The notes: a model not told the origin generated them from the sequence alone. Positions 34,640 to 48,800 are shown, numbered from the whole stretch's first letter. The stretch is 63,371 bases of DNA, filler included, from Ministeria vibrans ATCC 50519 (GCA_943704425.1; 7 parts of 7 records of this genome joined end to end with filler, not necessarily neighbours in it); one strand, 5' to 3'. Program-made: numbers and translations.

Positions 34640-37600
34640 GAGATTGTTGTGTTCAATGTGTCGGTTCCCATGCCGCACAGCGAGTCGGAGACGGTTGTCG
34701 TGTCGGTGTCGGTGAGCGACGGGACACTTGGAAGCGGTTTGCTGTCGCTCACGAATGCAACTGTGTCATTCATTGGCGCACAGTTGTCGTCGCTGGGTCT
34801 TACGTTGGGCTCGCCAGCAACGCTTGTGGACACCAACGCAGACACATTCTTCGACACAGCTGTGTTCAACTTCAGTACCGTGGGCAATGTGCCGGACGGT
34901 TTGCGCAACGCAGACGATGAGCTGCACATGCGACTTGAGGGTGTTGTTGTGAACGAGGCTGCGAATGTACAGGGGGCTGTGATCAATGTGAACGCGTCGG
35001 TGACGACGACGTTGATTCAGAGCGGTGTGTCAAGCGACGTGGATTTGGCGGTGGTGGAGCCTCTGCTGGACTTTGTGCTCTCGGCGAATGCGACCATTGG
35101 CGTTGTGGGCGACGTTGTGGAGTACACGATGACGCTGACGCCGGCTGCGGGACGAGTTGCATCGTCGTATGCAGTGGACGCGACTGCGCAGATTCCGGAC
35201 TACCTTGACCTGCACGTTGGGTCAGTGACGGTTGTGTCGGGCAGTGGGGCTGTGGTGACACACGGAAACACGGGTGGCGATACGGACGTGCGCGTGACGG
35301 CTGAGCAAGTTGCTGCTGGAGATGGCCCGGTGACTGTGACGTTTCTTGCGACTGTGTCAACGTCGCTTCCGGAGCATGCGTCACTGAATGTGACGGCTCT
35401 CCTGGCGTACGAGAGCGTGTCAGCGAGTGACGACATCATGTCGCAGGGACGCGGGTACAAGGCTGAGGATCTGGCGGTGTGGTCGCGAGCGCACCCGGCG
35501 ATTGTCGGAGTGGAGGCGGTGTCGTCGGATGTGACGGAGACGCCATTGAGCGAGGCGGTCGTTGGCGAGGTGGTGAACTTTGAAGTGGAGGTGATCTTCC
35601 CGCCGGGCCAGACGAACAACTCGGTTGTGACGATTCGCGGACTGCCGTTTGGAGCGGTGACGGGAGACACGCCGCGGTTCGAGTTGCTGTCGGCGACGCT
35701 GGGATCCGTTGGGAGCGCACTGGGGTCGTCGGCGCTGTCGGTGGGGGCAGTGGCGGTGCCAGTGGACACGAACGGCGATGGACTGGCGGACGCGGTGGAG
35801 TTTGATCTGGGGACAGTGAGCAATGCACAGGACTTCAACTTTGTCAACGATCTGATGATCTTTAATGTGTCGGTGCGTCTGCCGAAGGATGCGAGCAATG
35901 CCAATGGGGATACAGTAACGCTGGCAGTGTCACTCAACTACACGGACGGCTACAACGAGGGTTCGACGAGTCTGACGATTGTTGAGCCAGTGTTGGGTGT
36001 GAGTCGCAGTGTGACGACGGGTCCTGGCGGTGCGGTGTTGGATGCGGGCGACAGCATGGACGTGAACATTACGATTTTTGTGGCTAGCGGCTCGACTGCG
36101 CCTGCAGCGTACAATGTGACGCTGACGGACACGATTGAAGGATACCTTGTGGTGGATGCAGGGTCGTTGACGTCGTCGGTGGGGACAGTGTCGGTGGATG
36201 CTTTGGGCAACATAGTGTTGAACATTGAGGCAATGGATTTGACTGGCGACGTACCGGTGACGGTGACATACTCGGGAGTGGTGCGCAATGATACGCGTCT
36301 GAATGCAACGTACACGTCGGCAACGGAGGTGGTGTACCAGACGTCGCCGGAGCAGAGTGTGTCGCGGGTGGACCGCATTGAGCCGAGCGCGTTTTCATTT
36401 GACGTTCCCGCACCGGTGCTAACGACGGACACGCCTGTCAAGTCGGACACGACCACGGCACCGAGTGTAGTGCAGGTGGGCGAAGTGATTCGAGTGAATG
36501 CGACGATCCGACTGGGCGAAGGGGAGACGCTGTTGTCGATGGTGGCGCGCACAGCGACAAGCGGGGCTCGACTGGGCGTGTTGTCGGCGACCGTTGTGTC
36601 TGTGGGCGGCCACATTGTGAATGTCAATGGAATCGTGGCGGGATCATCGTCGAGCGGCGTGGACACGAATGGAGATACGGTGTTTGACGAGGCGACGGTC
36701 GACTTTGGTCTGACGAGCAACTTGCCGGACAACGTTGTGATTGGCGCAGGCGACGACATTGTTGTCGAGTTTGAGATGTACGTGCCGGATGTGGTTGAGA
36801 ACACGGACGGAGCGACGGTGAGTGTGGACATGAGTGCGGTGCTGGACAACGGCAATGTGCTTGAGAGTTCGAGTCCGGGGATTTCGTTCACGGTGCGCGA
36901 GCCTGCGTTGGCGATGACGATGACGCCTGCGCTGGTGAGCGACGTGGATGGCTATTCGCTTGTGAACGTGACTGTGAGGGTTCCACCACCGACGGCGGGT
37001 ACGACTGCGTACAATGTGACGGTGAATGATTTGGCGGCAGTGCTGTCGGAGGCCGGGAACGCGCTTGAGCTTGTCGAAGGCAGTGTGACAACGACACTGG
37101 GAAGTGTGGTGAGCGGCAACGGCGGGGGCGATACGGCGGTGGCGGTGAGCGTGCCGGTGTACGAGAGTGGCTCGACGACGGATCTGGTTGTGACGTACCA
37201 GGTGCGTGTGCCGACTGTGGATTTCACGCGAGTGGGCACCGAGGCGACTGTGGACTGGGTGAGTGCGGCGACGGATGCGGCGGCGACGCCTGAAAGTGCG
37301 CATGCGCGTGCGGGAGTGCAATTGAGCGACGCTGTGGACGTGACGATTGTGGCGCCAAGCAGTCTGACGGCGGAGTTTGTGGGCACGTCGTTGGGCACGT
37401 CGACGGCGCGGAATGTGACGGTGGGCGAGACGGCGACGTGGCGAGCGACGTTTGGCGTGCCGGAGGCTCAGCTGAACAACGTGGTGTTGCGAGTGAATGC
37501 GAGTGGACAAGCACTGGACCTGGATGGTATTGTGTCGGCGACTCTTGCGGCGGGCGTGACGTCGAGCAATTACGACGGGGTGTCTCTTGCGGCGTTTGTT

Positions 37601-39749
37601 GCGGCGCATGCGACGCTGGAAGGGACGGGCGACGACAACTCGGGCGGGGTGTGGTCGTTGGATTTTGGCACGGTGACAAATGCAAATGGCGACGACCTGA
37701 CGGCCGACGACATTGTGGTTGACTTTGCGATGGCGGTGACGGACACGCACGGGGTTGTGGCAGGCGACGAGCTTGCGCCCGAGGTTGCGTTCTCGTGGAC
37801 ACGCGACGACACGTTGGGTGGCAATGAAGCGGGAACGCTGACGGCAACTGCGCCTGCTGTGACACTGGCAGAGCCAGTGGTGTCGAGTGAGCTGGCGTGG
37901 AGCCTGCCGACGCTGCGAGTGAATCCTGGGGAGGAGTTTAACATGACTGTGACGGCGCTGAACGCAGATGTGGGGTCGGCGACTGCGGCGACTGCGTACA
38001 CACTGTCGACGGTGGTTTTGTTGCCGCCGGACCTTGAGCTGACGGGCACGGACTATTCGAGTGGCGCTGGTGGCGCTGTGACGGTGGTGGAGACGGCGCA
38101 CGCTACGCTCAGTGGGTGGCGGAATGTGGAGATCACGTGGACGAGTGCGGTTGATGTGGGAGAGGCGGGCATTGCAAATGTGGGGGTGCGAGTGGCGTCT
38201 GGCGCGTCTGTGGGCACGAACATGACGGTGAATGGGACGTCGACGTGGCACTCGTCACCGCCAGGTTCGCCTGCGGTGCGGGTGTACACTGGCAATGTTG
38301 AGTCTGCACCGTTGCAAGTGCTGTCGCTTATTGTGAATGCACCGCCGGTGGCTGTCGATGACTATGTGACGGTGTTGGAGGACACGGACATTCTATTCTA
38401 CCCGGCAGCCAACGACATTGATCCTGAAGAGGGAGTTGGCAATCTGGACCTGACGAGTTGTACGATTCTGGTTGCGCCTACCATTGGAAATGCAACGGTA
38501 AATGCGACCAACTGCGAGTTTACGTATCGGTCGCTGTTGCACAGGAACGGAGCGGACTCGCTTGTGTACCAGGTGTGTGACGTTGACCGGGCGTGCGTCA
38601 ATGCGACGGTGTACTTCAATGTGACGCAGGTGTTGGATGCTCCCGACTCGCTGCCGGAGGTGTTTGTGCTGCCTGGCAACACCAACCAGACACTGGATCC
38701 TCTTGCTCAGGTTGTGTTGATTGACGAGCCCATTGCTTCGGTGACGGTGATTAGTCTGCCTGCCGCGGGCGATGTGATTCTTACTGGCGGTGATGTACTG
38801 CTGGCGAACACGACGATTGTCGTCAGCGGTGGGCAACTTGTCGATGGACTTGGCAATCCCATCTCGCTGACGTACGTGCCTCCTGCATACTGGTATGGCA
38901 ATGTCAGTCTCGTTCTTCAGGCGTGTGATACTGCGAACCTGTGTACGAATGTCACGATTGAGGCTTCGGTGTTCCCGCCCTCGCCGTCCATTGCTCAGGA
39001 CGACGTGATTTGGGTCAACGGCAATGCCACCGAAAACAACTTGTTTGCGCCGCTTCTGCTGAATATCACGTCGAACGATACACTGAACGACGTGGGAAGC
39101 ACCAGCGACATTGTGTTTAGTGTAGCGCCGGTGTATGGTACGGTGGAGGTGGTGGAGCTGTCGGAGAATAGCTTCTCGGTGCTGTACACTCCTGCAGGTG
39201 GATCATTGCGCAACGACTCGTTCACGTATGTGGTCTACGACCGGTGGGGATTCAACACGAGCGCGACGGTGACGATCTACACGGATGGCGTGTTTGTGTC
39301 GACCGAGGAGAGCAGCGAACTGCACGCGCGTTGCTTTGGCGGACAAATGTTGATGGGTTTGGCTATCACAGTCGGCTTTGAAGCCGTCTCGTTCGGCTCG
39401 GCCAGTCGCGTGTGGTCGTACACGGACTACGAGCAGTTGCTGACTGCGACGGGACAGATGAATGGCAACTACCCCAACTACTATGTCAACTTTACGGCGT
39501 GCTTCTCGTGGTTTAATCTGGCTGAGACGTTTCCGTGGCGATTCAATGCGGATAAGGACGAGTCGCAGACACTTTGGCAGTTTGAGGCGTTTGCTCGTCG
39601 GACTGGCGATCGCAGTCTTTTGTCGCAGTCGCTGTACGAGGAGAGCATTGACTTTGGCAACGATGGCTACTACAACTACTTTGCCAGTGTTGCCTTTATC
39701 TACTGGATTGTGGTTGGCGTGCTGTCGATTTTCTTGATTATTGCACTAG
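34640..39749 (+). CDS. Large surface glycoprotein: bacterial-pilin/DUF11-like beta-sandwich repeats, Big_9/cadherin-like Ig repeats, start of a multi-TM region; partial, intronless
   Basis: Repeats ending in 'VVEP.L' and starting 'VGEVV.F', DTNGD Ca-loops, 'NAPPVAVDDY..V.ED', many NxT/S sequons, hydrophobic C-terminal helices. Confidence 0.75.
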
Positions 39750-39849
39750 NNNNNNNNNNNNNNNNNNNNNNNNNNNNNNNNNNNNNNNNNNNNTTAATTA
39801 ATTAANNNNNNNNNNNNNNNNNNNNNNNNNNNNNNNNNNNNNNNNNNNN

Positions 39850-42800
39850 ACTTACCGACGCAGCGGTAGTGCCACTGGTTGTCGTCCACAATGTCACGGA
39901 AGGTTGCCGCCTTGGGATAGGTGGAGGGGGCGTCCGTCTCGGTCATGGTGATGGAGCGGAAGGTTGTGCCGCCCAGCTGAATGAGCATGTTGGCGCCGAC
40001 GCCGTTGGGGATCTTGTAGGCAAAGCACATGTACGGGTAGACGTTGGTGTCGTAGCCGGTGGACGTTTGAGAGCCTTCAAGGCCGCTGCTGCCTTCAAAG
40101 TTGGTTCCGTAGTTTCCGCCGCTCATGTACAGCGAGTACTGGCCACGGAAAGCAGTTGTGTTGGTAATGATGGGGTCACCATTGTTGCGCGGGAGCCAGT
40201 CGTCGGAGCTGCCGGGACCACCCTCGAAGGTATCCAGGTCATAGAAGACGGACGAAGAGAAGTCAAAGTCAGCATCGGGATCGGTGGCAATGAGCGGCAG
40301 TCCAAGCTGTGTGCCACCCGTGGTGGTCTCGGGAATAGTGCGCCAGTTGTCCTCAATGGTCGGCGGAGTGTCGTCAATGGCCGCACACACGGTACACGAG
40401 AGCTTCCAGTTGGTGACGTACGCGCCAAAACCACTGTCCTCAACCTCGACGGGGTAAATGCGGTTGCCCGATTGGGAGCTAGCGGATGCACCTGGATACG
40501 CTTGGGGGTTCTCGTCAACGCACGCCCAGTCAGACTTGGGGTATCCATAGTAGCCGCTCATGAGGTAGCCGCGGTACATAGTGTGGAAGCCGCTGGGGCA
40601 AATCTGGTTTCCGGTCTGCATAAAGACACTCGGTGCGGGCACCTGGCACACAACACAGGGCACTTCGTAGCCATCGAGTGTGGTAAATTGCGACGGCATG
40701 CCAGAAGTGGAATACTCTGTGGCCCACAGTCCACCTTCGTCCTGACTGCCCGTCGAGTGGTAGGTTGAATCGGGGAACTCGTCGGGAATGTCCGCCATGC
40801 AAAGGTAGTTGAAGCCACCACCGTAGTAGGTTGAGCTCGTCGACTGGAAGTTACCAGCCATCCATCCCTTGTACAGCTCGACTGTGTTGGCGGGACACGA
40901 ACGTTTTCCCCAACGCACAAATGCAGGGCCTTCGTTGGACGAGCACTGGGCGCAGGGAAGTTCGTCGTTGATCGTATAGGCGGTATTGCCCACCGGCACC
41001 GATTCAAGTTCAACACTCTCCATGTTGGAACCAGTCTCAGCGTTGAGGTTGGACGACTCACCCGGCTCTGCATCCAGGTCCATGCACGAATACTTGGTGC
41101 GATACTCGCGAAACGATGTTGAGCTAGTCTCGTCGTAGGTGCGCGAACTAGATACAATGAAACCTGAGTAGTCTAAAGTCCAGCGAGGCGGACAGGTCAG
41201 CTTGCCGTGCATTATCACCGAGTGGTGACGTCCAGTGGCCACACAGGATGCACATGGCACGGACGCATACAGGTTGGAAGACAGACGCGGCACCAGCTGG
41301 CCATACTCGGCGGTGTTAAGACCACCACCGCTGTTCTGAGTGCCGGCCACGGTATCGAGCCATTCGGGCTGAGGGGGCATGCACAGATATTCGGCAACGC
41401 CACCAGAACGACCCGACCGTTCTCCGGCGGCAACGCCCGAAAAGAGAAGCTCGGAGCCAACAGGACACGTTTTGCGTCCCCACCGAATGTATTGGTCGCC
41501 AGTGTTGGAAGGGTCGCTGCCATCGGAGATACATTGAACACACGCTACTTCACGGCCGACATACGACGAGTAACCCTGGACGTCGGTGATCTCAATAGAG
41601 TATGCGAGTGCACCATTTTGGTTGCCCGCCGACAAGACTGACTCAGGATCTTTGTCAATGCACTCGTAGGTAGAACGGTACTGTCCGTACTGGTTAGAGG
41701 CAATGTAGCCTTGATAGGCGACCTTGAAGCCCACGGGGCACGACGTATGACCAGGCTGCACAAACGTAGCTGTGTTGTTATTGTAGCCACAGAGGGAACA
41801 CGGGATATCTTTGTCACGTAGAGCGCTCAGTGGCGACGGACTATTGGTCGTAGCAAACTCGTATTCGTAACGGTACATACGACCCGTATCCGTAGAACTT
41901 GTGCTGAAGCCGTAGATGTAATTGATGGCAACTGGCATGCACAAACGCCCAGCACCGCTACCCAACTCATTGTAGTTGGATCCTGCGCCATAGCCATGGT
42001 AGATAAGGGAGGTGCCGTCGGGACAGCTTGTGCGTCCCCATCGCACAAAGTTGCTACCATGTTCGCCAACACGATCGGGAAGCACAACAACATACACCGT
42101 AGTCACGCTTGACCACTGGTCGCCTGTCTTGACACGGACCGACAGGTCGTACTGCGTCTTCACTTCGTAGTCAAGGCCGCCATTGGGCAGGCTGAGCTGG
42201 CCCGTTGTGGGCGAGAGCGCAAACAGCCCACTTGGATCCGAAATGATCTGCCACTCGGGCGAGCCGGTCCAGGTTGCGGCATTGGCCTGGCGCGCAAAGT
42301 ACAAGTGGGGCTCGCTGATGGTGCTGATAGAAAAGTCATCAATCTATAAGGAGAGAGAAAAAAAAGAGGAAGAAAAAAATAAGACACTGAGTCCATCTCG
42401 AAAGTGGCACGTACCCAAAACTCGCTGGTGTAACCCGCGTTGGAATTGCTACTTCCCGGATGGAATTTGATACCAGTGACAAAGTGTTGAGACGATCCAA
42501 TGAAGGCATCCAGGAACGCATCCAGGTTCTTGCACGAGTAGTGCCATTCGCCATCATCAATGATGTCGTTCCACGTCGCCTTCTTGGTGTAAATGGAAGG
42601 AGACTCCGTCTCCGTCATGGTCATGGAGTACCATNNNNNNNNNNNNNNNNNNNNNNNNNNNNNNNNNNNNNNNNNNNNNNNNNNNNNNNNNNNNNNNNNN
42701 NNNNNNNNNNNNNNNNNNNNNNNNNNNNNNNNNNNNNNNNNNNNNNNNNNNNNNNNNNNNNNNNNNNNNNNNNNNNNNNNNNNNNNNNNNNNNNNNNNNN

Positions 42801-45800
42801 NNNNNNNNNNNNNNNNNNNNNNNNNNNNNNNNNNNNNNNNNNNNNNNNNNNNNNNNNNNNNNNNNNNNNNNNNNNNNNNNNNNNNNNNNNNNNNNNNNNN
42901 NNNNNNNNNNNNNNNNNNNNNNNNNNNNNNNNNNNNNNNNNNNNNNNNNNNNNNNNNNNNNNNNNNNNNNNNNNNNNNNNNNNNNNNNNNNNNNNNNNNN
43001 NNNNNNNNNNNNNNNNNNNNNNNNNNNNNNNNNNNNNNNNNNNNNNNNNNNNNNNNNNNNNNNNNNNNNNNNNNNNNNNNNNNNNNNNNNNNNNNNNNNN
43101 NNNNNNNNNNNNNNNNNNNNNNNNNNNNNNNNNNNNNATCAGGTTCTTGCACGAGTAGTGCCATTCGCCATCATCAATGATGTCGTTCCACGTCGCCTTC
43201 TTGGTGTAAATGGAAGGAGACTCCGTCTCCGTCATGGTCATGGAGTACCATGACGTGCCGACTTGCACCAGCATGTTGGTCTTGACTCCCTGGGGAATCT
43301 TGTAGGCCATGCAGATGTAGGGGTACACGTCGCTGTCGTAGCCTGCGGTGGTCTGGCCAGCCTCCAGGTTGGTTGACGACGAACAGTCAAAGTTGATGCC
43401 CCACGGACCATCTTGAAGGTGCAGCGAGTAGGTACCACGGTAGGCAGTCGCCGAGGTGATGACAGGCGTGCCCAAGGTACCGGGGGCCCACGAGTCAACA
43501 GAGTTGGGACCCGCTTCAAAGGTGTCCAGGTCCCAGAAGGTGTCCATGGAAAAGTCAAAGACAGCGTCAGGATCAATCGCCTGCAAAGGCTTGCCCACAT
43601 CCGCACCACTGCCTGCAGTCTCAAGCACAACCACAGACTGACCGGTGGTCACCTGAGGAGGTTCGTTTGTCAGACGAACGCACTGCACGCACGAGGACTC
43701 CCATCCTTGGTACATGGCCTTGCCACGCTCGCCTGTAGTTGTGAATCCCGCGTACTCGGAGGGGTACAGATAATGAGCACCTCCACTGGTCGAGCCGCCC
43801 GGAAGCATCTCGGCGGTGGCATCAATGCACACTGAGTCACCTTGGTAGTTGCTGCCGGCATAGGCAGGCATGAAGATGAAGCCGCTATAGGCAGTGCGGT
43901 AGTTGACAGGACAACTCTGTGATCCCATTTGCGTGAACACATCGGGCGCAATGGTCTGGCACACCACACAGGGAACCATGCCGCCGTCGAGGGCAGTCAT
44001 ACCTGGAATACCACCATTGGCCGTCTGGTAGCGTGTGTTGTACAAACGCGCCTCTGAGCTGGATCCAGTCGAGACACTGGGATATTCAGGAGTCGCTTGA
44101 GCGCACAACAAGTCGGCACCACTGCCAGTGTACGAATAGTAACTCGCAGAGGCAAACCCTGTGTAGACAAGGCCATCGCCCGCAGGACAGTCTGAGCGAC
44201 CCCAGCGTACATAGGTGGGCCCTTCGTTGCTGCTGCATCGCGAACACGCAACCTCCTTTCCAGACGACCAACCACTTCCGCTCACCGTCGTTCCATAGTA
44301 CGTGTCGGCGTAGACCCACGACGATGATGACGACGAACTATCACCCAGAGGATCGGGGACAAAGTCCTTGTCAAGACACATGTGCGTCGTGCGATAGTAG
44401 CTCGACGTGTAGTAGTTGGCTGCAAGAATGCCGCTGTAATCGAGAGTCCAGCGATCAGGGCAAGTCTCGCTGCCCGTGACCATAATAGACGTGTGGCGAC
44501 CCTGTGCAGCACAGCGAGCACATGGAACCTGTGCATAGTTGTTGTCAGAGAAGGTGGTCGACGAGGAACGGAACTCGGTGGAGTAGGTGTATGCACCACC
44601 GTTGTTGCCGGGCTGCGTTTCATCCCACTCGGGCGAGAGAGAAAAGCATTGGTAGTCGGTACCACTACCGGCGTCGTTGTAGTAGTGACCGCCTGTGACG
44701 CCACGGTAGAGCATGTCCGAACCGACAGGACAGTCGACGCGGCCAAACCGCGTGTACGCTGCGCCTGTTGGCTCGTCCGCAATACATTGAGTGCACGTGA
44801 ATTCAAATCCATTGGTGCTAGTGGAGTAGCCGGTCAACCCGAGGTTCTCAGCGAGGTAAGCACGCCCTATTGTGGTGGTGGTGGTGATAGAGAGGCCGTC
44901 CGACAGCTTGTCAACGCAGATGTAGTTGGAGCTGTACTGTCCCGTGGCCGACGCAAAGAGGTAGCCCTCAAAGGCTGGCGACCAGCCATCGGGGCACGAG
45001 CGGCTTCCGGGCATCATAAAGGTGTTGGTTGCATTGGTGCGACAGACGGCGCACGGCAGCTCTTTGCTGTCCAGCAGCTTCATCGTGGCGAGATTGCTGT
45101 ATGCGGCCGTATAAAACTCGACGGGATACGAACGGCCAACGTAGCTTGTTGAGGCAGTGCCAGTGGTCACACCCGAGGCGTAGCTTGTGTCTGTGGTCTG
45201 ACAAAGACGACGGAAACTCGAACCNNNNNNTCAAACTCGACGGGATACGAACGGCCAACGTAGCTTGTTGAGGCAGTGCCAGTGGTCACACCCGAGGCGT
45301 AGCTTGTGTCTGTGGTCTGACAAAGACGACGGAAACTCGAACCAGATGCAGAATAGTAGTTGCCAGTCATGACACCTTGGTGGACAAGGGTGGAAGAGGC
45401 AGGGCAGGTGACCTTGCCCCAGTGAATAAAGGTGTCGCCTTGGCCATCAATGCGGTCTGGGAGCACCAGAATGGTGACCGTGGCCGGCGTAGAGCTCCAC
45501 TGACCACCGGATTTGGCGCGCACTGTGATGGTGTACGAGGGTGTCAACACCGAGTCGAGTGTGCCCGTCTTGAGTGTCAGCTGGCCTGTTGATGCACCAA
45601 TCTCAAAGAGCCCAGTTTCGTCCGTCAGAATCTCCCACTGCGGTGGTGAGGACCACACACCCGCATGTTCTTGGCGCGCATAGTAGACGGACGGCTCGGG
45701 AATGGTACTGATAGAGAAGTCATCAATCTACAAAAAAAAAAAGCAAAAAAAAGCAAAAAAAAAACAAGAGTCAAATTTAAAGAAACCCCAAAACAGACAC

Positions 45801-48800
45801 ACACACACATTCGTACCCAGAATTCACTTGTAAAGCCAGTGTTGGACGTACTGCTTCCCGGATGGAACTTGATCGCGGTGACAGCGTGTGTTGCTGTCGA
45901 CAACAGTCCATCGAGTTCCGCATCGAGGTTCTTGCACGAGTAGTGCCACTCGCCATCATCAATGATGTCGTTCCACGTCGCCTTCTTGGCGTACAGCGTG
46001 GGCGACTCCGTCTCCGTCATGGTGATCGAGTACCAGTTAGTGCCGCCAATCTGTACCAACATGTTGGTCTTGACTCCCTGGGGAACCTTGTAAGCCATGC
46101 AAATGAAGGGGTACTTGTTGGTGTCGTAGCCTGCGGTGGTCTGACCCGCCTCAAGATTGATGTTGGACGAACAGTCAAAGTTGATGCCCCACGGACCATC
46201 CTTGAGGTGCAGCGAGTAAGTGCCACGGTAAGCAGTCGCCGAGGTGATGACAGGAGTGCCATGCGCACCGGGCGCCCACGAGTCAACGGAGTTGGGTCCC
46301 GCTTCAAAAGTGTCCAGGTCCCAGAAGGTGTCCATAGAGAAGTCGTACACGGCATCGGGATCGGTCACTTCGAGAGGAGCACCCACAGCACCACCAGTGG
46401 TAGTGGAGTCAAGGACAAACACGGACTGATCCGTCACAATGGGTGGGTCATTTCCGAGCGACTGACACACGGCACAGGTAATTTCCCAATTTGTGTAGTA
46501 GCCACGAGGAAGCTGAGAGCCTTGCAGCGACACCGGGTAGAGGAGCGCGACGCTTGATGTGGTCGTTGACTTGCTGAGACCCTGAAGCGAACGAGGATCG
46601 TTGTCGATGCAAATGGGGTCGGTTTTGAAATTGTTGTACTGCGTCGAGAAAAGGTAGCCGGTGTAGGAGGCACGGTAGTTTTGCGGACAGGTCTGCCCGC
46701 CGCTCTGGACAAACACCGTGTTGGCACTCTTGGTCATGCACACGGCACAGGGCACACCATCACCATGCAGCGCATTGAGTCGCGTCAGACCAGTGCCCGA
46801 CGTCACGTAGCGTGCCATGTAGATGCGAGCAAGGTCGTTGTTGGAGGTGGTTGAGGAGTAGCCGGAGCGAGGACGCTGTCCGGCACGCGGCATGCACATG
46901 TACTCAGAGCCAGCACCGCCATACGAGTAAGCTGTGTAGCTGTCAGGACCACTCACAAAGCCTTCGTAGACAAGACTCGCGTCCGTGGGGCAGTCAGGTC
47001 GACCCCAGCGGGTGTAGGTCTTGCCAATGTTGGTTGAGCAGCGTGTGCATGGCACCTCTTCATTCGTGACGTATCCCGAGGCGCCCGACGGGAAGTTTTC
47101 AATCTCAAGTGAGTACATGAGAGCCGCCTCGCTAGTAGTGTCGTCGGTACCCACCGGGTTACGCTGTGCCGTCAGGTCTGTACACATGAAGCCAAGACGA
47201 CGATGAGAGTAGTGCGACGAGAGGTACATGCCGGAGTATTCGGTGCGCCAGCCGGCAGGACATTCGGTGTGCTGCGGGAACTCACGTGTCTCAACCTGGT
47301 CTGGAGCCTCGCAACGAGCGCAAGGCACCTCGCCTCCACTGAGATACGAAAAATTAGGAATTTCCGAGGAGGTACGGTACTCGGCGGGCATCAGGCGGTT
47401 GCTCGTCTGGTAGCCAGCGGTGTAGGTCAAAAAGGTGGGATTCATCGTAAGACAGGAGAATCCTATGACACCGTCCGAGTTGTAGTCGCCTCCAACGGCT
47501 GTTCCACTGTAGACCACATTGGAGGAGCGAGGACAGATGGAACGACCGTAGATGACGTAGGAGGTACCGGTAGGGCGACGGTGGTCTTGTAGATTAAGTT
47601 GGGGCTGAAGCGAAGCCGACCGGGTGCTGAAGCAGACGGCACACGTCACTTCGTAGCCCGCTTGGCTGCTGGCATAGCCTGGCATAAAGTAGTACAGCTC
47701 GGCAGGGTACATGTGAGCGCTTGATGCTTGTGAGGATTGATCGGCGTCCGAGGCAACGGATTGCTGGTCGACGCAAACGAGTTTCTGACGGTAGGTGGAC
47801 GCGCCAAGCAGGTAGCCTGAGTAGGCACTGGTGTAGCCGGTGGGGCACTCGGTGGTACCAGGCAACTCAAAGACGTCCACGCCACTGTCGACGGAGCAAA
47901 CAGCGCAAGGAATGCCACGGCCGTAGAGAGGCAAGAGACTTGACGTGCCCTGAGACGACCGCCAGAAGTAGCGCGCGAAGTAGATGTAGGCGTTGCTGCT
48001 GGCAGCTGTCGTGAAATCATGGTAGGTAGGGTCACTTGTGAGACAGACAGGCTCGGCCAGGGAACCACGGTCGTTGTAGTACGATGTGGACATGTCACCG
48101 ACCAGCACCACGGTTGTGTTGGGGGGACAGATACGTGTGCCCCAACGTGTGAAAGTGGGTTCGTGCGCGGATACCTGAGGCGGCGTGGGCAGTACGTTGA
48201 TACCAACTTCGACGGGTGCAGACCACATGCCCCCCGACCTGGCCTGAACCGTCACGGTGAAATTGGTGTTGCCATCGCTCTCGGGCAGAGTGACGTCCGC
48301 CTTGACGACCAGCTGACCGGGTGTCGTTGACGATAACTCAAAGAGATCCGACGAGTTGGCCAGACGCCACTCCTTGACGGCCGATGTCCACGTCGCCGCA
48401 TTCGCATGTCGCGAAAACGCAACTTGAGGTTCGGGAATGCTCGAGATTGAAAAGTCATCAATCTACAGAGACAATAATAAAAATAAGATTAACAGTAAAA
48501 CGGATGAGGGTGTGACGTATTAGGTTTAAGGCTCACCCAAAATTCGTCTGTGAATCCCGTGACAAGATTGCTACTGCCCGGGTGGAACTTGATGCCCGAG
48601 ATCTGGTGAACACCGGTGCCGATGAGAAGGTCAAGCTGGGCGTCGAGGTTCTTGCACTCGTAGTGCCAGGCATTGTCGTCGAGGACTTCTGTCCAGAAGG
48701 CACGTCGCGGGTAGATGGAGGGTGACTCCGTCTCGGTCATGACCATGGAGTACCAGGTGCCGCTGATGAGAAGAAGCATGTTGGTTTTGGTGCCCGGTGG

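Noticed and set aside
42522-43250. Direct repeat of ~110 bp on either side of the ~500-N gap
   Set aside because: Identical overlap of contig ends; the gap is most likely spurious and the exon continuous
45113-45343. Tandem ~110-bp duplication and frameshift around a 6-N gap
   Set aside because: Unmerged contig overlap, not a real duplication or pseudogenisation
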